Positions 46,023-55,452 of a stretch of DNA of 64,000 bases are shown piece after piece; within the stretch, counting starts at the first letter, position 1, and the number at the start of each line of letters is the position of its first letter. The translations under genes were made by a program, and so were the position numbers. Under the pieces are notes generated by a model, which was given only the letters and a program-made list of their open reading frames with translations, did not search any database and was not told where the DNA came from. This DNA is from Bdellovibrionota bacterium (lineage in GTDB: Bacteria > Bdellovibrionota > UBA2428), in the NCBI GenBank assembly GCA_044347615.1, contig JBIKUK010000007.1, positions 58,285 through 122,284 on the forward strand, written 5' to 3'.

Positions 46023-47450
46023 ATGAACATTGAAGATCTTGAAAAGGTTCTCGATCAAGTAGGTAAAGATAAAGGTATTGATAAAGCTCTTCTCATCAGT
46101 GCCATTGAGGAAGCTCTTTTAACAGTGGCGCGTCGTCAGTACGGTGTACGTCGTGAAATCGAAGCGAAATATAATCCAGATGTAGGTGAAGTTGAGCTTT
46201 ATGAATTTAAAACAGTTGTAGAAAAAATTAACGATCGTGATCGTGAGATTTCTTTTAATGAAGCAAAACTCATGCAAGATGATGTGGAGTTGGAAGATAA
46301 AATTGGTATCAAGATTGATGCGACTTATCTTTCTCGTATTGCGGCTCAAACGGCAAAACAAGTTATTTTGCAAAAAGTTCGAGATGCTGAACGTGAACTT
46401 ATTTTTAATGAATTTCAACACAGAAAAGGTGAAGTAATCACAGGTCTTATCCGTCGTGTAGATAAGGGAGCTGTTATTATCGATTTGGGTCGTACAGAAG
46501 GTTATATGCCTCTTAAGGAACAAATTCCTGAGGAGCCTTATAATTCGGGCGATCGCATCCAAGCTTATTTGATGGATGTTCAGCTCACTCCTAAAGGACC
46601 TCGAATTATCCTATCTCGTGGATGTCCTGAATATTTGATCACGCTGTTTGAAAATGAAGTTCCCGAAATTCGCGAAGGTTTGGTCGAAGTGGTAAGTGCC
46701 GCTCGTGAACCAGGTATTCGTGCAAAAGTAGCAGTTCGCTCTAAAGATCCTCAAATTGATCCAGTCGGTGCTTGCGTGGGTGTTCGAGGAAGTCGCGTTC
46801 AAAATATTATTCAAGAATTGAAGGGTGAGCGGATTGATATCGTTCCTTGGGATGGCGAAATCACTCGTTTTGTTTGTAACGCATTGTCGCCTGCTGAAAT
46901 TCAAAAAGTGGTCATCGATGATGAAAACAAATCAATTGAAGTGGTTGTTGCAGATGAAAATCTTTCGATTGCAATCGGAAAACGTGGTCAAAACGTTCGA
47001 TTGGCAAGTCAATTAACAAAGTGGAAGCTGGATATTATTTCAGAATCTGAAATGGCAAAACGTTTGGCCGAAGCAAAATACCAAATGAGTTTGATTCCTG
47101 GTGTGACAGACACAATGGCTATGGCACTTTATCAAAATGGTTTGACGAAAGTTGCGGATGTTGCAGAAACATCGGCTGACGATTTGGCAACTGTTCCTGG
47201 CTTTAACGTCGAAAAAGCTCAGGAAATTATTGCGAAAGCAAAAGAAGTTTTGGCAAGCGGACAAGCAAATGTTGCGATGCCAGAAGAAATGCTTGATTAT
47301 AAAACTCGTAAGAGTTTGAAGGGACATTCGAAAACAGATGATGAAAAATCTTCTGGCGAATCTTCTTCAAGTTCTATGGATTCTATTGAAGCAAAATTGC
47401 GTGCTGAATTAGCTGCCGCATCTCAAGAAAAAACTAAAGGCAACGGCTAA
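46023..47450 (+). CDS. nusA: Transcription factor NusA
   Basis: RIAAQTAKQVI, S1 and KH domains (DPVGACVGVRGSR, AIGKRGQNVRLAS), C-terminal HhH-like extension. Confidence 0.97.
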   Translation: MNIEDLEKVLDQVGKDKGIDKALLISAIEEALLTVARRQYGVRREIEAKYNPDVGEVELYEFKTVVEKINDRDREISFNEAKLMQDDVELEDKIGIKIDATYLSRIAAQTAKQVILQKVRDAERELIFNEFQHRKGEVITGLIRRVDKGAVIIDLGRTEGYMPLKEQIPEEPYNSGDRIQAYLMDVQLTPKGPRIILSRGCPEYLITLFENEVPEIREGLVEVVSAAREPGIRAKVAVRSKDPQIDPVGACVGVRGSRVQNIIQELKGERIDIVPWDGEITRFVCNALSPAEIQKVVIDDENKSIEVVVADENLSIAIGKRGQNVRLASQLTKWKLDIISESEMAKRLAEAKYQMSLIPGVTDTMAMALYQNGLTKVADVAETSADDLATVPGFNVEKAQEIIAKAKEVLASGQANVAMPEEMLDYKTRKSLKGHSKTDDEKSSGESSSSSMDSIEAKLRAELAAASQEKTKGNG

Positions 47451-47471
47451 TAGGAAATGATTAGGAGTCAT

Positions 47472-50264
47472 ATGAAGGTTTTTGAACTCGCAAAAGAGTT
47501 AGATACTAAAGCCCTTGATCTCATCGAAAAAATCAAACCTTTGAATTTTTCAATAAAAAACCACATGTCTGAGTTGTCAGATGAACAGGTTTTGAAAATC
47601 AAAGAATTTGTAAATCCCTCGGCTGCCGTCGCTGCACCTGTCGCTTCGCAAACAGTTGTGAAGAGAAAAAAGGCAGTTGCAAAATCAGATGATAAAGCAC
47701 CTGTGCGTTCATCGGTTGTGATCAAGCGAAAGAAAGAAGTAGAAGTAGAAGAAGTTTCTCCGACAACGCTTGAGGAAGAGGTTAGAGCAGAAGAGCTCGA
47801 TCAAGCTGAGGCTCACGAAGCGACAGATACTAGTGAAAGTGTAGAGGTTGTTGTTGAGGTAGTTGCTCAAGAGCCTGTTCCTGGTGAAACTGTCGAGGAA
47901 CCTGTCAAAGAAACAAAAGATAAGGAAGTTGTTGCCAAAGTGCCTATTCCCGAGGTGGCTCAGCAACCGAAAGCAAGACGCTTTAGTTTTATTAAAGTTG
48001 CTGATGCATCTTCTGAAGACTTAGCTATTCGTCGACCTGTTATTATTGAAGACGTTGTTTCTGAGGAAGTTAAAAAAGAATACGAAGACGTTAAAGCTCG
48101 TAAACAAGACGATGATGATGATCACGTTTCTGTTGAACGAAGTGCTGCTGAAATTCTTCGAGAACTTGAAAAAGATGAAGCTCAAGGCCGCAAAAAAGGT
48201 GGCTTTTCATTTAGGGATACAACGTTAGTTAATGAATTTCGATCTACGGATTATCTTCGTCGAGAGAGAGTTTATGCGCCAAACAAAAAGAAACGTTTAG
48301 TTTTTAATAGAAGCTCAAGCAAGGTTGCAACCGTTGCTCCTAGCGCTCGTAAAAGAGTGGTGGATTACCGGGGAGAAATGTCTGTTGAAGAACTTGCAGA
48401 AGCGCTTTCTCTAAAGGTTCGTCAAATTGCAATGAAGCTAGATGCTTTGGGTGTAGAACGACCAGATGAAGCAGAAACTTTTGCGGATTGGATTTTGGAT
48501 TATGAGACTGTTCAGCTAATTGCTGCAGAGTTTGGTTATGCTGCAAAAGATGAAACTGTTTCGGAAGAGCAGCTTGTTGAAGTACAAGATGATGCTTTTG
48601 AATTGAGTTCACGTCCCCCTGTTGTGACAATCATGGGTCACGTCGACCATGGTAAAACATCTTTGTTAGATTTTATTCGTCGATCTCGTGTCGTGGCAAA
48701 AGAAGCAGGTGGAATCACTCAGCATATTGGTGCGTACACAGTAAAAGTTTCGGATGCGATTCAGAATATCGCAGCGTCTCTCGCAGCTGCTGAAAGCGGC
48801 GATGCAAAACCTGCAAAAGCAGGTAAAGCAGCAAAGGGTGCGAAGGCTTCGAAAGCGGATAAATCTGAAAAGAAATCGCATGCCTCTGCAATTATTCCTG
48901 AAATCACCTTCCTCGATACTCCTGGCCACGCAGCATTTTCATCGATGCGTTCTCGAGGAGCTCAGGTAACGGATATCGTTATTCTTGTGGTGGCAGCAAG
49001 CGAAGGTTTGATGCCGCAAACACGAGAAGCGATTGATCATGCAAAAGCAGCGGGTGTTCCGTTGATCGTTGCGGTGAATAAGATGGATTTGCCAGATGCA
49101 AATCCTGATAAGGTTTTGCAACAACTTTCTGAGCTCGGAATTGTGAGTGAAGAATGGGGTGGAGATACTCAGGTTGCGAAAATCAGTGCCAAAACTGGAA
49201 TGGGTATTGATGACTTGCTCGAAAAAATTCAACTCCAAGCTGAAATGCTTGAATTGAAAGCTCGTCGCGAAGGTCCTGCAAACGGAACGATCATCGAAGC
49301 TCATTTGGATAAAGGTCGCGGATCTGTGGCGACGGTTCTTGTAAACGAAGGAACTCTTAAGATCAGTGATTATGTTGTGGTAGGAGTGCAAGCCAGCAAG
49401 GTTCGAGCGTTGATCGATGATCAAGGTAAGAATGTTCGTGAGGCAGGTCCTTCAATGCCCGTTATGTTGCTTGGTTTGACGGAAGTTCCTGAGGCAGGTG
49501 ATCCGTTAAACGTTGTCGAAGATGAGAAAAAAGCTAAAGAATTGATTGAGCTTCGTAAGCGTCAGCGCGAAGAACAAAAATCTGGACCTAAAATGTCGAT
49601 GGAAGAATTAATGCGCAGAATGAACGAGGGTGAAATCCTCGAAATGCCTATTATTCTCAAAGGCGACGTGAAAGGGTCTGTCGAAGCGATTAGTGGAGCT
49701 CTGCAAAAACTTCCCACAAACAAAGTTCGTTTGAAAATTTTGAGCACAGCTGTGGGCGGAATTTCTGAGAGCGATATCGTCTTGGCTTCGGCATCTAAAG
49801 CGATTGTGATTGGATTCAACGTGCGTCCGGATGTGAAAGCTCTCTCTGAAGCCGAGCGTCTTGGTGTGCAAGTGAAATGTTACAATATTATTTACAATTT
49901 GATTGATGAAATTGTGATGCTCATGGAAGGAATGCTTGCTCCAACTGTGAAAGAAGAAACTTTAGGTCAGGCAGAAGTTCGTAACGTCTTTAACTTGAGT
50001 AAGTTTGGAATGATTGCGGGATCTTTTGTCTTGAGTGGAAAGATTGTTCGTTCGGGTCAGGTACGAGTGCTTCGTCAGGGGCGAATTGTTTACACGGGAA
50101 ATATTAGTGGATTGAAGCGCTTTAAGGATGATGCGCGTGAAGTGGCTCAAGGTTATGAGTGCGGTATTAGTATCGAAAACTTTAACGACATCAAAGAGGG
50201 CGATATCCTTGAATGCTTTAAGCAAACAGAAGTCGCGACAAAACTAGAAGGTGCTTCTGCTTAA
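47472..50264 (+). CDS. infB: Translation initiation factor IF-2
   Basis: MKVFELAKEL, GHVDHGKT, GGITQHIG, DTPGH, NKMD; SD AGGAG before ATG 47472. Confidence 0.97.
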   Translation: MKVFELAKELDTKALDLIEKIKPLNFSIKNHMSELSDEQVLKIKEFVNPSAAVAAPVASQTVVKRKKAVAKSDDKAPVRSSVVIKRKKEVEVEEVSPTTLEEEVRAEELDQAEAHEATDTSESVEVVVEVVAQEPVPGETVEEPVKETKDKEVVAKVPIPEVAQQPKARRFSFIKVADASSEDLAIRRPVIIEDVVSEEVKKEYEDVKARKQDDDDDHVSVERSAAEILRELEKDEAQGRKKGGFSFRDTTLVNEFRSTDYLRRERVYAPNKKKRLVFNRSSSKVATVAPSARKRVVDYRGEMSVEELAEALSLKVRQIAMKLDALGVERPDEAETFADWILDYETVQLIAAEFGYAAKDETVSEEQLVEVQDDAFELSSRPPVVTIMGHVDHGKTSLLDFIRRSRVVAKEAGGITQHIGAYTVKVSDAIQNIAASLAAAESGDAKPAKAGKAAKGAKASKADKSEKKSHASAIIPEITFLDTPGHAAFSSMRSRGAQVTDIVILVVAASEGLMPQTREAIDHAKAAGVPLIVAVNKMDLPDANPDKVLQQLSELGIVSEEWGGDTQVAKISAKTGMGIDDLLEKIQLQAEMLELKARREGPANGTIIEAHLDKGRGSVATVLVNEGTLKISDYVVVGVQASKVRALIDDQGKNVREAGPSMPVMLLGLTEVPEAGDPLNVVEDEKKAKELIELRKRQREEQKSGPKMSMEELMRRMNEGEILEMPIILKGDVKGSVEAISGALQKLPTNKVRLKILSTAVGGISESDIVLASASKAIVIGFNVRPDVKALSEAERLGVQVKCYNIIYNLIDEIVMLMEGMLAPTVKEETLGQAEVRNVFNLSKFGMIAGSFVLSGKIVRSGQVRVLRQGRIVYTGNISGLKRFKDDAREVAQGYECGISIENFNDIKEGDILECFKQTEVATKLEGASA

Positions 50265-50281
50265 TTAAGCAGAAAATATGA

Positions 50282-51082
50282 ATGGGCCTCGGACTTTTTT
50301 GGAAGCCTTCGGGGCCCTCTTCAAGCCAATTTCTTGGAAAAGTAAAACGTGAACTTGAATTGGGCGGTCCCTCAAGAAAAGGTATTGGTCATACAGGAAC
50401 GTTAGATCCTTTTGCCGAAGGATGGTTGTTAGTAGGTTGGGGTGAGGGAACAAAGCTCTTAAGTGGGCTTCAAAAGTTAGATAAAATTTACGAGGCAGAA
50501 ATTCTTTTGGGTGCTTCGACCGAAACCCTTGATAATTCAGTTCCTTTAAAGCCTTGGGTTTTAGAGGATGATTTAATTCCCCTAGAAGAAGACCTTAAGA
50601 AGTTTCTTCAAACAAAAATCGGAAAACAATCTCAAATTCCACCTCTTTTTTCGGCGAAAAAAGTAGAAGGTGTGAGAGCCTACGAGCTGGCTCGAAAACA
50701 GCAAGATGTGGAGCTTAAAGCTTGTGAGATTGAGCTCTTAAATGCCCATCATTTAAGTCTTGTAAAAGTAGAAAAAAACCTCTGGAAATGGACAGTTAGA
50801 GTTCATGTATCTTCTGGAACTTATATTAGAGCCTTTGCTAGGGATTGGGCTAAGGAGCTTTTCGGGCATGAAGCTTGTTTGAGTGGGTTGAAGCGCATAG
50901 GGATAGGTCATTTTTTGAATGAAGCTCAGGAATCCGTTGTCTTTAAACACAACCAAGAATTAGGGACTTTTTTCACTTCAGAAAGCCTGAAGTTCAGCCC
51001 GTTGGGGGCCTTGGAAGCTGTATGGGTTCCAGATGCTCAACGCTGGAGATATTTCAATGGAGATCCCCTAAGCTTTAGTTGA
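50282..51082 (+). CDS. truB: tRNA pseudouridine(55) synthase TruB (short C-terminus)
   Basis: KPSGPSS, GHTGTLDPFAEG, PPLFSAKKVEG.RAYELAR, SSGTYIR. Confidence 0.92.
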   Translation: MGLGLFWKPSGPSSSQFLGKVKRELELGGPSRKGIGHTGTLDPFAEGWLLVGWGEGTKLLSGLQKLDKIYEAEILLGASTETLDNSVPLKPWVLEDDLIPLEEDLKKFLQTKIGKQSQIPPLFSAKKVEGVRAYELARKQQDVELKACEIELLNAHHLSLVKVEKNLWKWTVRVHVSSGTYIRAFARDWAKELFGHEACLSGLKRIGIGHFLNEAQESVVFKHNQELGTFFTSESLKFSPLGALEAVWVPDAQRWRYFNGDPLSFS

Positions 51083-51107
51083 AAGTCCCTCTATAACACG
51101 ATAGATT
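51079..51107 (+). promoter_or_regulatory. Sigma-70-type promoter of rpsO-pnp
   Basis: TTGAAA-17 nt-TAGATT; SD AAGGAG before GTG 51148. Confidence 0.55.
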
Positions 51108-51147
51108 CACAAAGATTTTAAAAAGTTGAAATAAGGAGCATAGATAA

Positions 51148-51417
51148 GTGTCTATAACGAACGAGGAAAAAACAAATACTATTCAAACATTCAAAACTCA
51201 CGATAAGGATTCAGGATCACCTGAAGTACAAGTTGCGCTTTTGACAAAAAGAATCAATAACTTAACCGGTCATTTCAAAAAGCACATGAAGGATTATCAT
51301 TCTCGTCGTGGTCTTTTGATGCTCGTCGGTCAGCGTCGTCGCCTTTTGGGTTATCTCAAAAACACGTCTGTTGCTCGTTACAATAAAATTGTAAAAGATC
51401 TCGGACTTCGTAAGTAA
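51148..51417 (+). CDS. rpsO: 30S ribosomal protein S15
   Basis: [30 protein letters not shown]. Confidence 0.98.
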   Translation: MSITNEEKTNTIQTFKTHDKDSGSPEVQVALLTKRINNLTGHFKKHMKDYHSRRGLLMLVGQRRRLLGYLKNTSVARYNKIVKDLGLRK

Positions 51418-51477
51418 AGTTCGCTTTATTTAAATTTAAGAAATTAATTTAATAAAAAAAGTTAGGCAAAAAACAAA

Positions 51478-53604
51478 ATGACACAATTAAATAAGCCCGT
51501 ATCCGTGCGGACCGTCGTTGGCGGCCGTGAATTATCTATTGAAACTGGACGTTTTGCTAAACAGGCTGATGGCTCTGTTTACATCAAATACGGTGAAACT
51601 TCGGCTCTCGTCACTGTCGTGAGCGCAAAAGAACAAAAGCCAGGCGTTGACTTTTTTCCTATGACGATTGAGTTTCAGGAAAAATTCTACGCTTCTGGAA
51701 AAATCCCTGGTGGATTTTTTAAACGTGAAGCAAAACCTTCCGATTGGGCAACTTTGAATGCTCGTATGGTGGATCGTCCTTTGCGTCCGCTTTTCCCCGA
51801 AGGTTATCGTCACGAAACACAAATCGTTGTGACATTACTTTCATTTGATAACGAAAACGAAGTGGAAACAATTGCGGGCTTAGGAGCTTCAGCAGCTTTG
51901 ATGGTTTCTGACGTTCCTTTTGATTGTCCGATTGCCACAGTTCGTGTGGGTCGTATCAATGGTCAATATGTGATTAACCCAACAACTTCTGATCTTGAAA
52001 AAAGTGACATGAGCGTCCTTGTAAGTGCGACTTCTGAAGCGCTTTGCATGGTCGAAGGTGGAGCTCAATTTGTGAGTGAAGAAGATTTATTAGGTGGATT
52101 GTATTTTGGTTTCGATCAAATTCAAGCTCTCATTAAGTTACAAAAAGAATTACAAGCAAAAGCAGGTAAAACAAAACGCGCTTATACTCCTCCGAAGCAA
52201 GATGAAGCTTTATTGGTAGAGGGAAAAGAGTGGTTATGGCCTCACTTTGAAAAAGCTTTTGCGATTAAAGAAAAGCAAGCTCGTTATAATGCTTTGAATG
52301 TTGCTTATGAAGAATTTGCAGCAGCAGTCACAGGAAAAAGACCTGTTGAAGTGGACGAGTCGACTTGGGCAAAACATGTTGATTTCGTTTACGAAGAAGT
52401 TAAGAAAAAATATGCACGTCAGTTTACGTTGAAATCAGGTAAGCGTATTGATGGTCGTGATTATACTCAAATTCGTCCGATCGAAGTTGAAGTGGGAGTT
52501 CTTCCACGTGTTCACGGATCAGCACTCTTCACTCGTGGAGAAACACAAGCTCTTGTGGTGGTGACTTTAGGAACTTCTGACGACGAACAGTTGATTGATA
52601 CTGTTCGTGGTAAGTGGAATAAGAGTTTCCTTTTGCATTACAATTTCCCTCCTTATTCGGTTGGTGAAACAGGACGTTTTGGTGGAAATTCACGCCGTGA
52701 AATTGGTCACGCAATGCTCGCAGAGCGTGCCGTAGAAACAATTGCCCCTAAAAAAGCAGAAGGCTTTCCTTACACTCTTCGAGTGGTTTCTGAAATTTTT
52801 GAAAGTAACGGATCTTCTTCAATGGCGACTGTTTGTGGAGCGAGTATGGCTCTCATGGACGCAGGTGTGCCCATTAAGGAAGCGGTTGCGGGAATCGCAA
52901 TGGGCTTGATGCACGAAGATGGAAAGTTCGTTGTTCTTTCAGACATTTTGGGTGATGAAGATCACTTGGGAGAAATGGATTTTAAAGTTTGTGGAACAAA
53001 ACGCGGAATCACGTCTGTGCAAATGGATATCAAGTTAAAAGGTGTGACTCGCGAAATTATGCAAAAAGCAATGTTGCAAGCTCGTGAAGGTCGACTCCAT
53101 ATCTTGAATGAAATGGAAAAAGGAATCACAACTCACCGATCTGATATTTCTGAGTTTGCTCCTCGTTACACAACTCTTAAGATCAGCACTGAAAAGATTA
53201 AAGATTTGATTGGTCCTGGCGGAAAAAATATTAAAAACATTGTGGCCGTTACGGGAGTGAAAGTTGAAGTGCAAGATGATGGCACTGTAAACTTGGCTTC
53301 TGCGGACCCTGTCGCGATGGAAAAAGCGCTTCAAATGGTGCGCGATCTTACAGCAGAGCCTGAAGTAGGAAAGATCTACATGGGAACTGTTGAGAAAATC
53401 GCTGAGTATGGCGCTTTTGTAGAAATTATGCCGGGAACAACAGGTTTATGTCATATTTCTGAGCTCGATGCGCAGCGCGTGAAGCAAACAAGTGATGTGT
53501 GTCGCGAAGGTGATCAAATTCCAGTAAAAGTATTGGAAATAGATCGCTCAGGAAAGATCAGACTTAGCCGTAAGGCAGCTCTCGAAAACACTGCGCAATC
53601 TTAA
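51478..53604 (+). CDS. pnp: Polyribonucleotide nucleotidyltransferase (PNPase)
   Basis: GKIPGGFFKRE, HGSALFTRGETQ, SNGSSSMA, KH and S1 domains. Confidence 0.98.
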   Translation: MTQLNKPVSVRTVVGGRELSIETGRFAKQADGSVYIKYGETSALVTVVSAKEQKPGVDFFPMTIEFQEKFYASGKIPGGFFKREAKPSDWATLNARMVDRPLRPLFPEGYRHETQIVVTLLSFDNENEVETIAGLGASAALMVSDVPFDCPIATVRVGRINGQYVINPTTSDLEKSDMSVLVSATSEALCMVEGGAQFVSEEDLLGGLYFGFDQIQALIKLQKELQAKAGKTKRAYTPPKQDEALLVEGKEWLWPHFEKAFAIKEKQARYNALNVAYEEFAAAVTGKRPVEVDESTWAKHVDFVYEEVKKKYARQFTLKSGKRIDGRDYTQIRPIEVEVGVLPRVHGSALFTRGETQALVVVTLGTSDDEQLIDTVRGKWNKSFLLHYNFPPYSVGETGRFGGNSRREIGHAMLAERAVETIAPKKAEGFPYTLRVVSEIFESNGSSSMATVCGASMALMDAGVPIKEAVAGIAMGLMHEDGKFVVLSDILGDEDHLGEMDFKVCGTKRGITSVQMDIKLKGVTREIMQKAMLQAREGRLHILNEMEKGITTHRSDISEFAPRYTTLKISTEKIKDLIGPGGKNIKNIVAVTGVKVEVQDDGTVNLASADPVAMEKALQMVRDLTAEPEVGKIYMGTVEKIAEYGAFVEIMPGTTGLCHISELDAQRVKQTSDVCREGDQIPVKVLEIDRSGKIRLSRKAALENTAQS

Positions 53605-53616
53605 TTCGAAAGGATT

Positions 53617-54093
53617 ATGACAAACGCATCAACTGTAAAAGAAAACGGTCCTGTTATTTTAAAATGGAAAAAAATAGATGAAAAAGCAAAAATTCCTTGC
53701 GCTCAAAGCGCGGGGGCGGCTTGCTTTGATCTGAGTGCTTGTTTGGATCAGCCTCTGACTCTCAAAAAAGGAGAAGTCTTTGCTGTGCCCACAGGCCTTG
53801 CGGTGGAAATACCTGAAGGTTACGAGATGCAAGTGCGTGCGAGAAGTGGTCTTGCGTTTAAGCACGGATTAACTCTTGTAAACGGTATTGGGACAATTGA
53901 TAGCGACTATCGTGGCGAGATCAAAGTTCTTGTAACCTTGCTTCAAGATGCAGAATTAATTGTAAAACCTGGAGATCGTATTGCTCAAGCTCTTGTGGCT
54001 CCTGTGCTGCGAGTGATTCATGTTGCAGAAGAAACCTTATCTAGCACCGAGCGTGGGGCTGGGGGCTTTGGCTCAACAGGTGTTTCTGTATGA
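53617..54093 (+). CDS. dut: dUTP diphosphatase
   Basis: [33 protein letters not shown]. Confidence 0.96.
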   Translation: MTNASTVKENGPVILKWKKIDEKAKIPCAQSAGAACFDLSACLDQPLTLKKGEVFAVPTGLAVEIPEGYEMQVRARSGLAFKHGLTLVNGIGTIDSDYRGEIKVLVTLLQDAELIVKPGDRIAQALVAPVLRVIHVAEETLSSTERGAGGFGSTGVSV

Positions 54094-54926
54094 AAATAGC
54101 GGTCCTTGGTAGTGGGCAAATGGGAAGTGGAATTGCCCAAGTTGCCGCTCAAGTGCAGAAAAAAGTTTATCTTTATGATTCAAATTCTGAAGCTCTCACA
54201 AAAGCTCATGCATTGATTCTAAAAAGTTTAGAAAAATTAGCTTCTAAAAACTTAATTCAAGAAAGACCAGAATTAGTTTTTTCTCGGATTTCGATCGTTA
54301 ATAAAATTGAAGACTTGAAAGACGCAGATTGCGTGATTGAAGCTGTCACTGAAAATTTTGAAGTTAAAAAATCCTTGTTTCAAAGCTTGGATAAAGTTTT
54401 GGGTTCTCATGCAATTTTTGCATCAAATACTTCTTCGATCAGCATCACCAAACTCGCGGCTACAACTAAAAGAGCGGATAAATTTATTGGAATGCATTTT
54501 ATGAATCCTGTTCCACTGATGAAATTGGTGGAAGTCATTCCTGGGCTTTCAACATCAACGGAGACAACTTCAAAAATTGTGGGGCTTGCCAAAGAAATGG
54601 GCAAAGTCACTGTGATGTCTAAAGATATGCCTGGGTTTATTGTGAATCGGATTCTTATGCCGATGATCAATGAAGCGTGCTTTACTCTTCAAGAAGGTAT
54701 TGCAACGGTTGAAGATATTGATGAGGCGATGAAGCTGGGTACGAATGTCCCGATGGGGCCACTTACGCTGGCTGATTTTATCGGTCTAGATACGTGCTTG
54801 TATATTATGAACGTATTGCATGAAGGTTTGGGAGATACGAAATATCGTCCTGCTCCTTTGTTAAAACAATACGTGGATGCAGGACGTTTAGGTCGAAAGA
54901 GCGGTCTAGGATTTTATAAATACTAA
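54090..54926 (+). CDS. hbd: 3-hydroxybutyryl-CoA dehydrogenase
   Basis: [48 protein letters not shown]. Confidence 0.92.
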   Translation: MKIAVLGSGQMGSGIAQVAAQVQKKVYLYDSNSEALTKAHALILKSLEKLASKNLIQERPELVFSRISIVNKIEDLKDADCVIEAVTENFEVKKSLFQSLDKVLGSHAIFASNTSSISITKLAATTKRADKFIGMHFMNPVPLMKLVEVIPGLSTSTETTSKIVGLAKEMGKVTVMSKDMPGFIVNRILMPMINEACFTLQEGIATVEDIDEAMKLGTNVPMGPLTLADFIGLDTCLYIMNVLHEGLGDTKYRPAPLLKQYVDAGRLGRKSGLGFYKY

Positions 54927-54927
54927 A

Positions 54928-55443
54928 ATGAATCCTTTTGAAGCGGGCATTCGAAAAGTTATCCCCTCGACGTTGATTTATATTTTTTGTGAAAACAAAA
55001 TCTTGATGATTCATCGAGTGAAAAAAAATCAAGATTTTCACAAAGGTAAGTGGAATGGGATTGGTGGAAAACTTGAATTGAATGAAGATCCGCTCGCGGG
55101 TGCTATAAGAGAAATTACTGAAGAAACTGGAATTCAATTAGAAGAAAAAACTCTTCTGCCAATGGGGATGCTTACATTTCCCTCATTCAAAGCAACTGAA
55201 GAGCAAGATTGGATTTGTTTTGTTTTTAGAGCTGACTTGCCCGGAAAAACAAGTGAGTATCCGTTGATTGAAACAACAGAGGGTCATCTTGAATGGCATC
55301 CTCAAGAAAAAGTTTTAGGGCTTCCGCTTTGGGATGGCGATCCTACTTTTATTCCTATGGTGATTGAACGAAAACCTTTTTTAGGAACTTATTGGTACGA
55401 AGATAAGAAACTCGTTAAATATAAGCTCAAACTTTTTGCTTAA
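54928..55443 (+). CDS. NUDIX hydrolase, 8-oxo-dGTP diphosphatase (MutX/MTH1-like)
   Basis: KWNGIGGKLELNE...AIREITEETG Nudix box; LPLWDGD. Confidence 0.88.
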   Translation: MNPFEAGIRKVIPSTLIYIFCENKILMIHRVKKNQDFHKGKWNGIGGKLELNEDPLAGAIREITEETGIQLEEKTLLPMGMLTFPSFKATEEQDWICFVFRADLPGKTSEYPLIETTEGHLEWHPQEKVLGLPLWDGDPTFIPMVIERKPFLGTYWYEDKKLVKYKLKLFA

Positions 55444-55452
55444 TTTTATTTA

